DNA of 64,000 nt from Tubulanus polymorphus (GCF_964204645.1 NC_134032.1:12512275-12576274); one strand, 5' to 3'; shown: positions 48,577-62,144, counted from the first letter of the stretch. Program-made: numbers and translations. The notes: a model not told the origin generated them from the letters alone.

Positions 48577-51500
48577 TTAGTATTTATGTTCTGGAGTAGA
48601 CTGGACTGATTTCGGCTGCTCGTAACCTCCGTGCTCCAGTTTATCCAACTGATCGTTAATCGACGACTCGTTCGAAGCCGGACTTCCGGGCACCTGCAAC
48701 GAATCGGAAGTTCCGGTCAGACGATCTAACTCGTAGTCGAATTGTGGAGCAGTGTCGTACGCGTAGGCGCGATTCTCGTGTCCGGTTCCGTCGTGATGAG
48801 GTTTCGGAGGTCGATTAAAACTGCGGGTTCGACTACGTCTGCGACCCGTTAACCCTGTACCAGTTGTCGGACAGCCGTTTATATGCGTGGGTGAACTATC
48901 AACTGAAATCAATCATAATCATTCTTCAGTTTTGATCTAGAAAAAGGGAAATGTCGTCGATTTCATTTGTGAGAAAGCGTGGTTTTAAAATACATGTATT
49001 TACAAACGAAACAAACATGAAATTGTGAGGTATTTCTTATGAGGACCAAGCAAAAAGCCAAAAGGCCGTAAGCACACACGGACGAAAAAAAAAGGGAAAA
49101 TAAGAAAGATAAGAAAGACAAAGAAAACGAATGGGATGAGGCCGGGAATAAGCGAGTGATTTAGGAACAGTTATAACAGTTAGGGTTATCGGAGAGATGA
49201 GAGTTCGGGTAGCTGAATTTGGGAATATGTTTGATTGATTTCGATTAATTCAATTTGAATTGGTGTCCCTCACAAACCCATCACACCTCTGGGAACGAAA
49301 CAGGGAGTTTGATTTTGAAATTGGAAATCTAAGTGAAGATATAGTTGGACGATCGGTCGTTTTTTCTTTCAATCGAAGGACTTCAGATTTCAACCGATTT
49401 GAATTTCATTTCTTTAGAAGTTGAAAGCTTGAAAATGGACATTTCAATCAAACTATTAAAATTCAAGACATATTGAATTGCTCCTACTTACTTGTGTCAA
49501 CTAGCGGTTTGTCCAACGGCTCATCCACTTGTCGAGCGTAGCGCCCTCTTTTACTGGGGTCGAATATGAACTCGTACATCACCCCGGCTACTACACCACC
49601 CATCATCGGACCGACCCAGAATACCTGTGTATAGATATATCATACGTCATAATATGAAAATAGGCAAAGATGGCCGCCCAATAAATCTCTCTATGACATC
49701 ATCATATCAATTCCATGATATGATATGATGACTGCGTCTAGCCTATACATCCTCTCTGATGATATCATTGTTGAAAATGAAAATCCATAAATCCTCCTAT
49801 GACATCATCGATGTCACGATTTCTAGAAAGGCTCTTTGCCTAAGTCCATCCCGTAATGACGCTATTCTCTTTAGTTTTGCAACCGCATTATTTGCTAATT
49901 AATCAAATCTAGAAGCCTGTTTGATGATGTCGTAGGGGATCTATGTTCAGATACTGGACATGCCTATAGAATGAACCAACTTCCCGCTAATGTTGCATGG
50001 ATACTTGCCCAATGAGAAGTCCACGTATTCGTTATGAACGCTGGGCCTAAAGCTCGGACTGGGTTCACCAGACAATCCGTATAACGACACTGAAAAGAAT
50101 ATCAGAAATCATCATATAATCATAAACCTTTTCATTATATTCTTCATTCAATCCATTGGGATTATACAATATGATTTCTTGTAGATAACAAGAAAGTTTT
50201 TAGGATGCCATGTTGGTTTACAAACAGGTGCCATTCAACCTTAAGCCCAACGCACACGGCAGTTTTAAAACTTTTCTGACGTTTTCGTTTGTGGATTAGG
50301 CTTGGATATCACCAAAAAACAAACTGTTTTAAGTGACTTTTGATTTTATCGGATTTTAAAGCTGCACTTGATACAGTTACGAAGACATAACTTGTTCATT
50401 ACGTTTGGTCGCAGGAGCTGCTGGCGATTTGCCAAAAATTACTAGTAATACAACCTGGGGGATGTAGAAACTACTGGGATCTGTCATGTAAATCACTTAT
50501 TGTGTGTTTGACCACCAATATGGCGTCTTTACGTTAGAAGAATTTATGCGTGTTTGCAGAGAGCTCAGAGATGGCCATCTACACCTACCCCTGTCAGATA
50601 AGCCATAGACATGGCTATCCCGATAGCTAACGGCTGACTGCCCAATGTCGGCCGGTTCGGGTCGACAGTTGCGAAGAACGTGAACACAAAGATGAACGCC
50701 GTCAGAAATTCGATCCCGAAGGTCTGCGAGACAGTGACGTAATGCCTGACGTCAGCCATACCCATATCGCCCCGGAACACGGCCGGTACCAGTCTGAAAA
50801 TAGAATTCAGATATTCACAGGTTTTCTTATAAAGCAAAAGTAATTTGAATAGGGAACTATGGCCTAAAAAGGATCGTTCGCACCCCGAATTTTTAAGGTT
50901 CAGGTCGTTACAGTTTTGATTCAATTTTGATTGCACTATCAAACACACTATACGTCATCAGTTGTCGCATCACCTAGACGTCGACCTATTCTTTAGTTCC
51001 GATATTTGCAATTCAATTTACTAAGTGTATAAGTTGTCATCAACATACGGATCGTCCCAGCTATTCATGCCATACACGGAGTATGCAGCTCTACAAACAC
51101 CAAGCAGTGAGTAAAAAATCGTGTGCGACTGCGCGGCCGGGATGAACTACTGCCAGAGGTTTGTAACATTTTAAGTGAGCGGAACACAACTCAACGAGTT
51201 TCAAGATATGAAAATCCGATATGAAATTGGCATATGAAATTCGTCAGAGATTTGAAGTAGAAGGGTAAACACAGAAACACAGAGAAAATCGTCGTTTGCG
51301 GGGGCTTGGCTTCTTAGAGTATGATTTGATTCACGAAGTCGTCTGTGTAGTCTAGTCGTCGCAGCCGACGAGACGGCAGAGCGAGCAGCCGAATCTCGGA
51401 GAGCGCAACTGCGTGTAACTCTGCGACTCACTGATGGCGTCTGTGATAATCCCTGTTCTTATCACATCAGCGGCGATGATAATCCCCTCTTCGACTGGTA

Positions 51501-52124
51501 CGATATAGTCTTAAATGGCTTATCAATGACTAATCGGTGTCTCAGTAAGAGAGGTTTTTTGTAATTTGAAAAATTGCAGATTTGATTCCTCCCTTCCATA
51601 TGTTGATTTATAGGCATACGGAGTTGTTGGCTGAAATCCCGAATTTGGAGTTGAATATATCGTAGTTTTGAATCTAGTCAGACTGAATTCTTGAATCCTT
51701 GTCGGCGTTCAACATAGAAGCCATCCAAATCAGGATCCACCCCGCCCTATCTAGAGGGGTTGGTACCAGCTCCCCGTGTTTGGGACTACAGTGCACACGG
51801 CGCCGTCTATTGATAAAGGGTCCATGGATTTTGAACGAAACCACTCTGGTGAACATTCTCTCTAAAATTTCTCTATTTTCAATTTCAACTTGTCCTTCCC
51901 CTCAAGTGATTGTCGTCCATAATCGAAAATGGTTTTTCTTGACAAGGGGTTCCGGGGGTCCACGGAAAGTTATTTCAAAGTAACGCCACTTAAGGGCGTC
52001 GAGAATTATGCGGGGATATCCTCTGACACGAATTTGGTGACCTGGGGCCTAGGAAATCTTGTTCGAGTCTAGATCAATGCTCTATATATTGAAAATAATC
52101 CAGAAGTTTGAAGAATGACTTTCT

Positions 52125-52156
<32 letters not shown>

Positions 52157-55100
52157 TCTCTCTGCTCTCCCCGGGGTGACCGTGACCTTCTCAATCGATG
52201 TTGATTGCAGCAGTTTTTTTCGCGGCGATAATTGGAAAAACGTCTCTCAAGAATTCATATCGACGTCGCTTAAGAAGAAAAAGCAAGGGTTACTCGTATG
52301 GGTAGGTCGGGTCAGGGGGACGCTTATCAATTACTGCATGAATAGAACAGGACTCTCTAAGAACTGCTCCCGAAGATTGAAAGTATATCGACGACTGCGC
52401 GGCACAGTTACATCAACCACGGCATCGACGGCGTTTGGAGAGCGAAACTCGATTGTTGAAAGTAAACAATTTTCGTCGGCAGCTCTGTCGCGTCAAGTGG
52501 TTACTACGACGGAAAGTTCGTCTGCTATCCCGATAACGCTGACGTATATAATAAAACCGAGGATTAATGTTTACTTTCTCTCTCTCCTTCGAATAGTGAT
52601 TATATTTGATGTTAGTTATACCCTCGTAATATATCGCCTATTTCTCCGGTGCTTTGATGTTGCTGCTGCTGCTGCTGCTACTGCAAAAACATCTAAATCT
52701 CTAATCAACAATTTTCGATTTTTAGATCGTGATCGGTTAATCTTCATAGAGCTTTTTCTTTGATTGCTTTTCTCTTCTATCGTATCGAGGTTTATATGGG
52801 GGTGGTCTATAGGGAAATTGGAAGTCGGGTTCCAAACATGGAATAGACGCGGCCAATACCATAAAATTTGGGGAAAAATACATCAGAAATAAATTAAAAT
52901 CTCTGATAGGATGAGACGTGTCCAAGTCTCGCAAAAATGGCAACATCAATGAGACCGCTGAAACCTCTAGATCTGCCCGTTGGTTATGCGCATGATGTCA
53001 TATTGGCCGTCAGGTGCTAGCAGCTGAGAGTAAAATGAAACAGTTGAGACTGCGCCTGATGGCAACAAGTGGGAACTCAATGAACGAAGACGAAAATGCG
53101 AACCGTTCCTCTGAAGACTGAAGTCTCGTAATAAGTCGACGATTTCGATTCAAACAAGAACTGTTCCGCGTATTAACGAACTTTAACTAGAACGTACTAT
53201 GATGAAGAAATTGAGAAAATGTCGAACATTTCTTTTGAAAAAATGTTGGCGCGACTTCCAGGTCGTTAGTTAGAAGCTATACGAGGTTGATTAATTTCTC
53301 TAAGATCGTCTGTCTTGTATGGATGAACAGGTTTCAGTTCCTCTGGGAGACACGATTGTAATTTGATGGCGTGACATCTGTGGTATAATGTATGACCGTG
53401 GGAGTGGAGAGAGTGGAAATGGAAGGGAGATTAGAGACGTGGTAAAGAGCATATCCTCTCTTGCCAGGGTTTGGTTCCCTCCCGCCGACGCTCACGGGCG
53501 TGAGGCAATCAAAACCTCCACCCCAGTCCTGGAGGGGGTTGTATATACTAAACTATACGATCCTGATTGTACCCACCCGCGGTACATTCTCAAACGCTAA
53601 GGTTCTTGGTGAACCAAATCCTGACGAGAGGCCGAATGTCGAGCATAAAAAGAGTAAAGACAGGAAATGAAATGAGAGAAAAGAGAAGGGCGAGAGAGAA
53701 AGAGAGAGGGAGTGTGAAGGAGAGAGAAAGGGAAAGAAGTGTATGAAGGAGTGCGAAGTGAGAAACCGAAGAGAGAATGTTGATGATCTATGGGAATTGA
53801 AGGAAGATTCATTAAGTCTGGTCGGTTTAATCGGTGTAAATATTTGCTGCGATGATCAATAATTAAAGATGCCAGGGACACACGGAGCGCCGCCGAGTCG
53901 CAGACGAACTCTCAAGTCCTCGGATAATGTACGTAGATAGATTCAGCGTGACTCACTGCAGGAATACTTGCAGAGAACGATTATAGAATCACAAAATATA
54001 ATAAGAACAAGATCAAGAATATTAAGAACATGCTTTTCGTTAATCATAGATTTAACTTTGTAAGATATTTTTCGATTTTTACATGTTGCAACATGCGTTT
54101 TGAAAATTTTCGAAACACCATCGACGTTAACTCCCAAATCAGAGTTAGAATTTATGTTTCGAAGGCTGAAAAAGATTTTGAACACCGTAAAAACCGTTAC
54201 AGTGAAGTTCATACACGTTAATACCTATAGTATGCATTATTTAAGGGATTCTGTGCGAGTTGGTGTGCGCTACGTCATCAAAAATGTCGTTACAAAAGAC
54301 AAATCAAAATTATGAATTTTTTTGATTATTTTGTAATTGAATATATTTCATAACTCTTATTGTATTTTCGTTTAATTCTGATAATTTTTGTTAAGAGCTA
54401 GACTGGTTGCCGGTCAATTTCAAAATAACTTTATTGATCCATGATTTATAATATATTATTTATTGTCGACAATATTAACGATATATGTGTGATTCTTCAA
54501 AGCGTCAATAAACTTTGAAGTTACTTTTCACGTTTAAAAAGATCGATTTCGATCTAAAAATCGTTTCCTTTTTTAATATTGTGTTGTTATTTGTAACTCG
54601 CCAGTTAAAAATTGTGTTGTTATTTGTAACTCGCCAGTTAGATCAATTACCATGTCATGTCGTCTCCCAAAAATCAAAACAAACTTTCGCGCAATGAACC
54701 TTACAGGATGAAAGCGATACTTTCACAAAAATACTGATGGGTTAGAATATAATTTACACGCTAAAGCTATTAGCACTGGTCGGAAGAATGTCCAGGGAGA
54801 AAGGTATACTAAAACTTATACAACAACTGCGGTATATCAGAACCGCGCGCGGGGTAAGTTATGGATAACGGGCAGGCGACAGGTGTGAGCCTACTGCGCC
54901 GCGAACGTTTAGAAATAACCCGTACCTCGAACCCTCGACAACGGAAAGTTCGAAGAAAATTCTCCTTTTACTTGAAGTTCTCAACCTGCAAAACACACAT
55001 TTGATCGAATATCGTATTTATACATATTTCATACCCGGAACATAGGCCTAGACGCACAGGTGTAAAACTGAATAAACAATGCATATTTCTGTTCGATATT

Positions 55101-58100
55101 ATTGCACTATGTTACACTATACTGTGTATGTTACAATGGAAAGTAAAAATGAAGTTTGCACGAAAAGAAATCCTGCAAGGGTAAGAATATAATCGGGGGT
55201 CCACGCCGCTGGGCCAGTGCAACCTTTATTGCACTGGGGCACCTCGCCTCAGCACTTGTAGCTGTATACAGCTTCAAAGCTTGCTTGGTGTCCCTCTCCA
55301 TATCGTAAATCAACTATTTCATATATTGTGTTAATTATAAAAACCATTTTTTTGTGGAGAAAATAAATCATTTAAGCATATCGCCTAGAGTTCATACGCC
55401 CGTGATCCAAGGGAAGACACTCAAAAGTATAAATAACATTAGCAGGTTCGGGAACTTCCTGGGGACATGTTTGTAAAAAAATTATTTCAAGGTTTACTCC
55501 GAGTTAGCTTAGTTGGATCTAACTTGTTTTTACAGTTAAAAGTAATTTTCAATTCCGAGGAATACGTAAGGCTAAACAAAAATGATGCATTGTTTCTCCT
55601 AATCGACCGGGTCCTTTATTTAACCGCAGTAAAATTTTGTAATCAGTTCATCTCTATAACTGTCGGTTCTGGTATTGTGAGCTTGATCATGATTTTAAAA
55701 TTAGGGTAGTATTGGCCAGTCGGGTCAAATTTTAAGCTCAGTCGAAATGAGAAATTAGGTGTCAACTTATTTCAGCCCAAAACTCGAAATTTGCTCCGTG
55801 TAGGAATCTTAAATGAAACCTATCATGTGAAAAATTCAAGCTCCAAGGCGCACTATCAGGAAAATAAGTTTTAAGTTAGGGATCCAGAGCACGGCGAGCT
55901 CCACCATGAGTCGGGTGCTATCTAGAATATAAACAAACGACCTTGGGCGATCCCTGGATTAGAATCGGAATGATGGTCGTATATTTTCGGGCGTAAACGC
56001 ATAAACTATCGTCGTCAAACAATATCGGAATGTTTTTATCGGTAACTGGCGATCTTTTCAATTATAAAGGATCAAGACGTCTGCGTGCCTCGTGACGGGA
56101 ATACTGGATCAAGCGCCAAATCTCCACAATCTCGAGAATTGTCACAGGAGAGCGAGAGAGATAGATATGGGGGGCGGAGGGGGGAGAGGGTGACATGGGA
56201 ACTTAAAAAAGGGGAGATACTGGGTCTATACATCACGACTTTGGCTTTTAAATCAAAATATCAGTTTCCACTTTTACTCACGACTGTGGAATGGATCCAC
56301 TTCGAAAATCTTATTCGTGAACTATATCGGTTTCAGCGTAACTTTTTATGACGTTTTACACGCAGGTTGATGACGTAATATTTCGCTCAGTCCTGATTGA
56401 TGCCGCGATCTAATTAAACTTGTCAATTAACTGAACTTGCTTTAAATACTCGACTGTGTAAATAAAATATACTACACGAGCTACGACAGTATACTATCTA
56501 TCGATGTATCTGTGACGGAGAACAGCTAAGAGAGCTATGCGCGATAGAGGGATTGAGATAGTGTTGGGAGAGAGTGAAGCCGCCGACGAAAGGAAGGATA
56601 TGAGGTCGGGAAAAGAGAGGGCCGAGAAATGCGAGAGGAAAGGAAGAAATGGGAAAGCAGGGCGGATCTCTTTCGGGAAAAGGGGGCGCGTATAGAACTT
56701 TGGGTGGCTACACGCGTTTGTGGCTGGCAATGACGGTGCAGCCAGAAAATTTTGAGATGCATTCTGAGCGCTTTCTTGGTTGAAATTAGGAATAAAATAC
56801 GCTCACGATTTCACCACTTTCTAAACTAAAGTCTTGGGGGGGGGGATTCCTAGGTCATCCTTCCAGAAAAAGGGGGTGCACCCCCCGAATCCACCATTAT
56901 AGGAAGTGGGGTCGGCAAGGATATCTGGAAATGGAATAGTACAGTACCATATATGGATGTTTGGATGGATGGAGGGAGAGTATATGTACTTTCAGTAATT
57001 GAAGTAGGCAATGAAACTCATCTCACTTCTGATACAGAGAACACTATAACAACCAGTCACCACAATATTCTGCTTATTGTCCAAATGACGATTCAATAAT
57101 CTACGACTCATTCAGAATTCATTGTCGGATGGATATTAAATTTATCGGAGTAGATCGTGTTTACCAGTAAATAGCAGTAACTGGGAATCGAGGGATTCTA
57201 TCGTCGTGTTTTATGATGTATAGGGAAAGTCGTCTGCTGCTTATATACCGAGCCGAGGTCAACGCGAGTATTAAAAAACCTTTCGTCGTCTCAACGGATC
57301 AAAGAGCATAATATGATTATAGATTTATGCTTTTAGTGCCATTTCGGGGGGTTGTAGGAAGTCTGGCTGGACCAACGGAGGAAATTTGGTGTATACAATG
57401 TAAACAATATACAATATGCGATCCGCAATCCGAGAATTTGAATTTCAAAGCCTGTTAACCGTTAGACCGTTGTATCAGTGCGATATACTTGACGACAATA
57501 TCGGTCTAAAGTACTCTACACGTTTGTTTCGTGAACTGAACCCAGTAAAACTGTAAAACTTATGATTAAAAATGGGTCAGTTAAGTTTAGGCTGGATTTC
57601 AGTTTACCCTTTTTCGTGCTCTGCTGTAATTGGTTTCATAGTCATGGCTTGGACTTAAGACCAATAAAGGCCCTCTTGGGCCGATTCTATAATCGTGGGT
57701 TAGACTTAAGACCAGTCTAAGACTATCTTAATTCTATAGCTAATCTAACAGCTTAAGACCAGCCTTAAGATTTAAGACCACTTTTGGACTTAAGTCTCGA
57801 TTATGGAACCGGCCCCTTATTTCTACCTGATAGACCAGTTTTGGAATTTAAGACCACTTTGGCTAAAAGTGTCGACTATGAAAGTGGCCCCTGATGTATC
57901 AACTTACCCATAGATCAACGCAGTTCCCGCAATAGCGCCCCCTATTTGCGCGAACATGTAAAACAGGCCTCGCAGCGGGCTGATCTTGAAACTGGACATC
58001 ATAGCTACAGTAACGGCAGGATTCAAGTGCCCGCCCGAAATATGTCCGAAACATTGTACTAGAGTGGTCAGCGTGACTCCGTGTACCAACGCCTTGAACA

Positions 58101-58362
58101 CGACGCTCACTTCGTAGTGGTCATCCCAGTTCAGCGTGCACGCGATCGTTAAAAACACGTAGAAAAACGAACCCAAACATTCACAAACCATCGAGCGCCA
58201 AAATTCGATCGTCCGCACCTCGGTCCGCATCGGTAAATGTCGGAAGGCGTGCTTTCTGGCGCGAATATTCTCGATTTGTTCTGCCAATTGCGCGAAATAG
58301 GTTTCCATCGTCGATGCCGTTTCTATGGCGACCAATTGTAAGTAACTATGGTCGCACGTCAT
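48577..58362 (-). CDS. bib: Big brain-type aquaporin (MIP family), 5 exons, ~399 aa; start codon uncertain
   Basis: Phase-consistent exons 58362-57908, 50793-50589, 50089-50009 (GC donor), 49624-49492, 48902-48577. Bib-like MRTEVRTIEFWRSMVCECL; GHISGGHLNPAVT; second loop VNPVRALGPA; HWVFWVGP..GG; Ser/Pro/Tyr-rich cytoplasmic tail. Confidence 0.88.
52123..52168. repeat. (CT)n microsatellite
   Basis: Direct reading. Confidence 0.9.
57630..57891. mobile_element. Cluster of Harbinger-like MITE copies (ttaagacca family)
   Basis: gggccgattctataatcg...cgattatggaaccggccc and partial flanking copies, similar to 16927-17052. Confidence 0.7.
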
Positions 58363-59349
58363 AGGTTTATAAGAGGTCACGTGCTCAGTTAGTCACGGAA
58401 CGTAAAATTTAAGGAAAAAAAGAGGAAATTCTAATTTTGAATTACGTAAGCGTCTTAACGGTTTGATTCCTAGTAGAGTCGAACGGAAAACTATCACTCA
58501 TTGAGATACTATGTCTTCAACTTAACCGAGGGATGCTCCGAAAAAAGCGTCCATTTTCGTGACCACAGACTCCCGTCGATTAGTGCCTGAATTTGCTTCT
58601 GCCCCGCTGGAAAACTAATCTGTAGCAAGCGGTGTCCTTAATTCTCGACGAAGTTGCCGCGGTAACTTTGATCAAATTATCTGCTATCGACCTAAAACTC
58701 CAAGCAACTCCAATCAAGTGTACCAGCAAATTAAAACTATACCGTTTGCGAAAGTTAGCTCGTAGTTCACTTTGTCACGTGATAAACTGGAGAGCGCATA
58801 ATCCCGAAAAGGTTAAACCGTCAAATTTGAAGTTCAAGTTTATGCAAATTCCGTTTTGTCGGTTATAATATCCTATCTAGCTTCTTTGAAAGGCGCGCAA
58901 TCTAATAGAGTCTATTCCGCTGAAGCTAAACTCCGGTGCGCGGTTGCAATATCATAATGTATCCCGGAATGTGAGTAACTCCCGGATCAGAGAATCTGAG
59001 AACATCGTCTGCTACTAAGCCGTCATATTGCACGGATCATTAATTCATAGAGTCACCCGGAGCTCTGGTGGACACGCCGCGTCCCGACCGCTCTGCTACA
59101 CACACATCAGCAGTGATAGTAGAGCACCAGCCAAGCTGCAGAAACCATCCCGAGTGAAAGTTACCAGCAGCCTCCGAGAAGATGGAGATGAAGTGTCGGT
59201 TGCCTGAAGAACAGTTGTGATAATCGCTCATTTTGTTGTTGGACGGACGAGGCAGGCGATTTCCGCTGAGACTGCGGCCTGGTTTTCATAACCGGACAAA
59301 AGTTTTCGATCGATCCATCTCACAACAGTTGCGTTGTATTAGACCACAG

Positions 59350-59444
59350 GGTCCAGTTGCTCAAAAGTTTGTTAGAATCAACCAGTGGATAGTTGAAATA
59401 GTGACACTTAAAAATCTTTAACCTACCTTTTAAGCAACTGGCCC
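59350..59444. mobile_element. Harbinger-like MITE
   Basis: ggtccagttgctcaaaag...cttttaagcaactggccc with CAG TSD; same family as 62020-62144. Confidence 0.75.
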
Positions 59445-59664
59445 CAGTATTTTCTAGGTTATACACTTCATATAGTACGAGTTCAATGTTTCTAAAATCG
59501 GACACTAACAAAAGGTATTGATTTGTTTCGTTCTTTCAGCTCTGACCATTATTTTCTGTAGGTCAGAGGCGTCTCGAAAGTCGGTGCAGTTTCTTCGATC
59601 GGACAAAGGATTTTCGTTCGCGACACGGTTGCTCTCGGAATTCTCATTAAAAACCCTATAATAA

Positions 59665-59825
59665 GGGCCACCTTCGGTTATCGGAGTTAGTCGACTATAG
59701 TCGAACTAAACGAAACCGAATGTCCGTTAGTCGGAACTATATTCCGGATATAGTTCGAAAATCAAGCGCATTCGGTTATCAGTTCCGACTACTAGTCGAC
59801 TAGAAACGAAAACCGAATTTGGCCA
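59665..59825. mobile_element. Palindromic MITE-like element
   Basis: ggcca..ttcggtt...aaccgaatttggcc ends with internal tagtcgacta palindromes. Confidence 0.6.
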
Positions 59826-60586
59826 AGGCAGCAGTTAGCAATTGACCAGAAATTTCTAGGTTTTCGCGGATAATCAAACACGTCTCTGTTGGAAGCGTGA
59901 TCTGGGAGCCGGCTCCTTGCTTCGGTCATCATCATCTCCTATTCAGCCGAAGCCTGACAGGACGCCTGAGCCCCAAAGGTGCTGATTAAGTGAAATGCTC
60001 ATTACCTATCTGTGCAAGCCACTCAACCCAGAGCCACCGTCTTCTCCCATCCAGAATCATCATTTCTGTATAGAAAAAATGAAAATGTTTGTGTTCAAAA
60101 TATTTTACGATGCTCACGCGAAATTACGCTAGATGGCGGACGAGTGAAACCCCGAATCTCGTTTATCGTCTTTCAATATATTGTTCAGGATTGAAGATTC
60201 TCGATCTTACCGATAGACGGCGATAATATCGACCGTTGATCTAGATCTTTTCAGCAACCAGGACAACATACACTCATCTGGATAATCTGTATTATGAATT
60301 ATGAATTCTTTCTACAGGATAAAATCCGGTCAACAGCAAAGAGGACTTTTAAATTAGCATCACTCGGAAAAACTGAAAAACAACTTTCGGATCATTTACA
60401 CGTGGAATACTATTAAAAACACAAACATACATGTAAATGGTTAAAATTATTTTCTCTAAAACTTATAGTTATTTATTTCCAAATCCCAATTTATTGAATG
60501 GATATACAACAGATATGCAAGTCCCAATAGAGGCACAGTCCATATTTCAAGATACAAAAAGACATAAGAACCCACTGTTATACCTG

Positions 60587-60696
60587 GGTCCGGTTTTATA
60601 GACTGGTATCAACTTTTACCCAGGGGCTAACTTAATCCATTTTCGATTGAATCAACCCCATGGGTTTAAGTTGGTACGAGTCTATAAAACTTGCCC
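60587..60696. mobile_element. Harbinger-like MITE
   Basis: ggtccggttttatagact...agtctataaaacttgccc inverted ends. Confidence 0.65.
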
Positions 60697-62019
60697 CTAG
60701 TGTTTTCAAGTGATTATTTAATTTATGACCGATCGAAAAATGGTTCAGATCTCTGGTTCAACTGAGACCGCGGTCTTGTCCTCGTTCAACTGTTACTCAA
60801 CCTTGTGAGGCCGGTCTGGTCCACATGGGAGATTCCAAAGGATTTCAGGGTTTAAACTAACGAACCCTTATTCCTCGTGCTGGATATAGCGTGACCTTCA
60901 ACTTGCGTAGACTGCACTCGCCTCGGATCTGATCGCGGGAACAATAAATTCTCCCCGAAGAACCAGGCGAATATCGGGGCAGTCGGAGCGGGGAATGGTG
61001 GTTATCACGATGGATGATGCGATTGAAGAAACCTCTAAGTCTCTGGTACGCAATGATCCAAGGCAATCGACTCAAGGATAAACGGAGTCTGCTGGTGATG
61101 AATAGTGCATCAATCCGAAACTGTGGTTAAAATCGTTCGTTTTATCACGGAATTCGAAAAGATTCTACGCCGGTATTCCTACAGTATTTCAGATGAAGCT
61201 TCGTGACTGCGGACCAAGGGTACAAGATAAACTGTTCGTTATAACAAAGTTCCACTCACCCTTAACCCGGCAATTAATCAAAACAAACGAATGCATTTTC
61301 ACATTTTCATTTGGAAATAAAATTCATTTCAAATTAGAATCAAAATCAATTCTTTATTTTTTCTCGAACACATTTCACATTTTCACATTTCCAATCATAA
61401 GTCTCTGTATTCGGAATTTTGTCCTTTGCCGCTCGTGAACTCAAGTCACCAAAGATTTATATAAAATACTTTGGAATCCAGAGCCTAATATTCTCACAGG
61501 ACAAAAATTCCTTTTCACGGGATCCATAATCCAGCGGTATCTCGATTATAAAGGTAACAAAAATCCTCCGCATTCGTCGTCCCTAAGTCTAATTTTAACT
61601 CAGAACTGTGGAACTGATCCTGGTATTTATTTCTTTAAATCAGTGTGGTCGCCTGGTGGCCATCATGAAAAATCTGTGGATGCTAGGAAAATCTCATGGT
61701 TACACAGTGATTTCATTAAACGGCGGAGTCACCCTCTTTTCAAGAATTGGTGGTTGTAATGCTTTGTAGCCATTTTTCAAAATCGCCCCATAGCCATTTT
61801 TAGAAATTCGCGGTCGCCTGGTGGCCATTTTTAGAAATCCGTGGTCGCCTGATGGCCATTTTGGAAACTCGCGAGTGTAGCAGACGGAACTAGCATAACC
61901 GGATGAATGCGTACCCGGTGATGAATATTTGAAAACAACACCACCGGATAACCACTCTCCGTTCATACTAGCCATTATCCTTGGCGGACACGGTTTCACA
62001 ATCGGAAGTTTTCAACCAG

Positions 62020-62144
62020 GGGCCAGTTACTCAAAAGTTGGTTAAAGATGACCGGCGGATAAATACCATAGTAATTATGAACTTTTAATTGTGACTATAT
62101 CAACTCTCAACTGGTTAACTATCCAACTTTTGAGCAACTGACCC
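62020..62144. mobile_element. Harbinger-like MITE
   Basis: gggccagttactcaaaagttgg...ccaacttttgagcaactgaccc with CAG TSD. Confidence 0.8.

Noticed and set aside
52176-52763. 195-aa plus-strand ORF in the bib intron
   Set aside because: GTG start, includes a GCT microsatellite, no recognisable domain or splice support.
53610-53650. Hammerhead at cctgacgagaggccgaatg
   Set aside because: CUGACGA is present, but no stem II followed by GAAA; the same holds for ctgatgag at ~23967.
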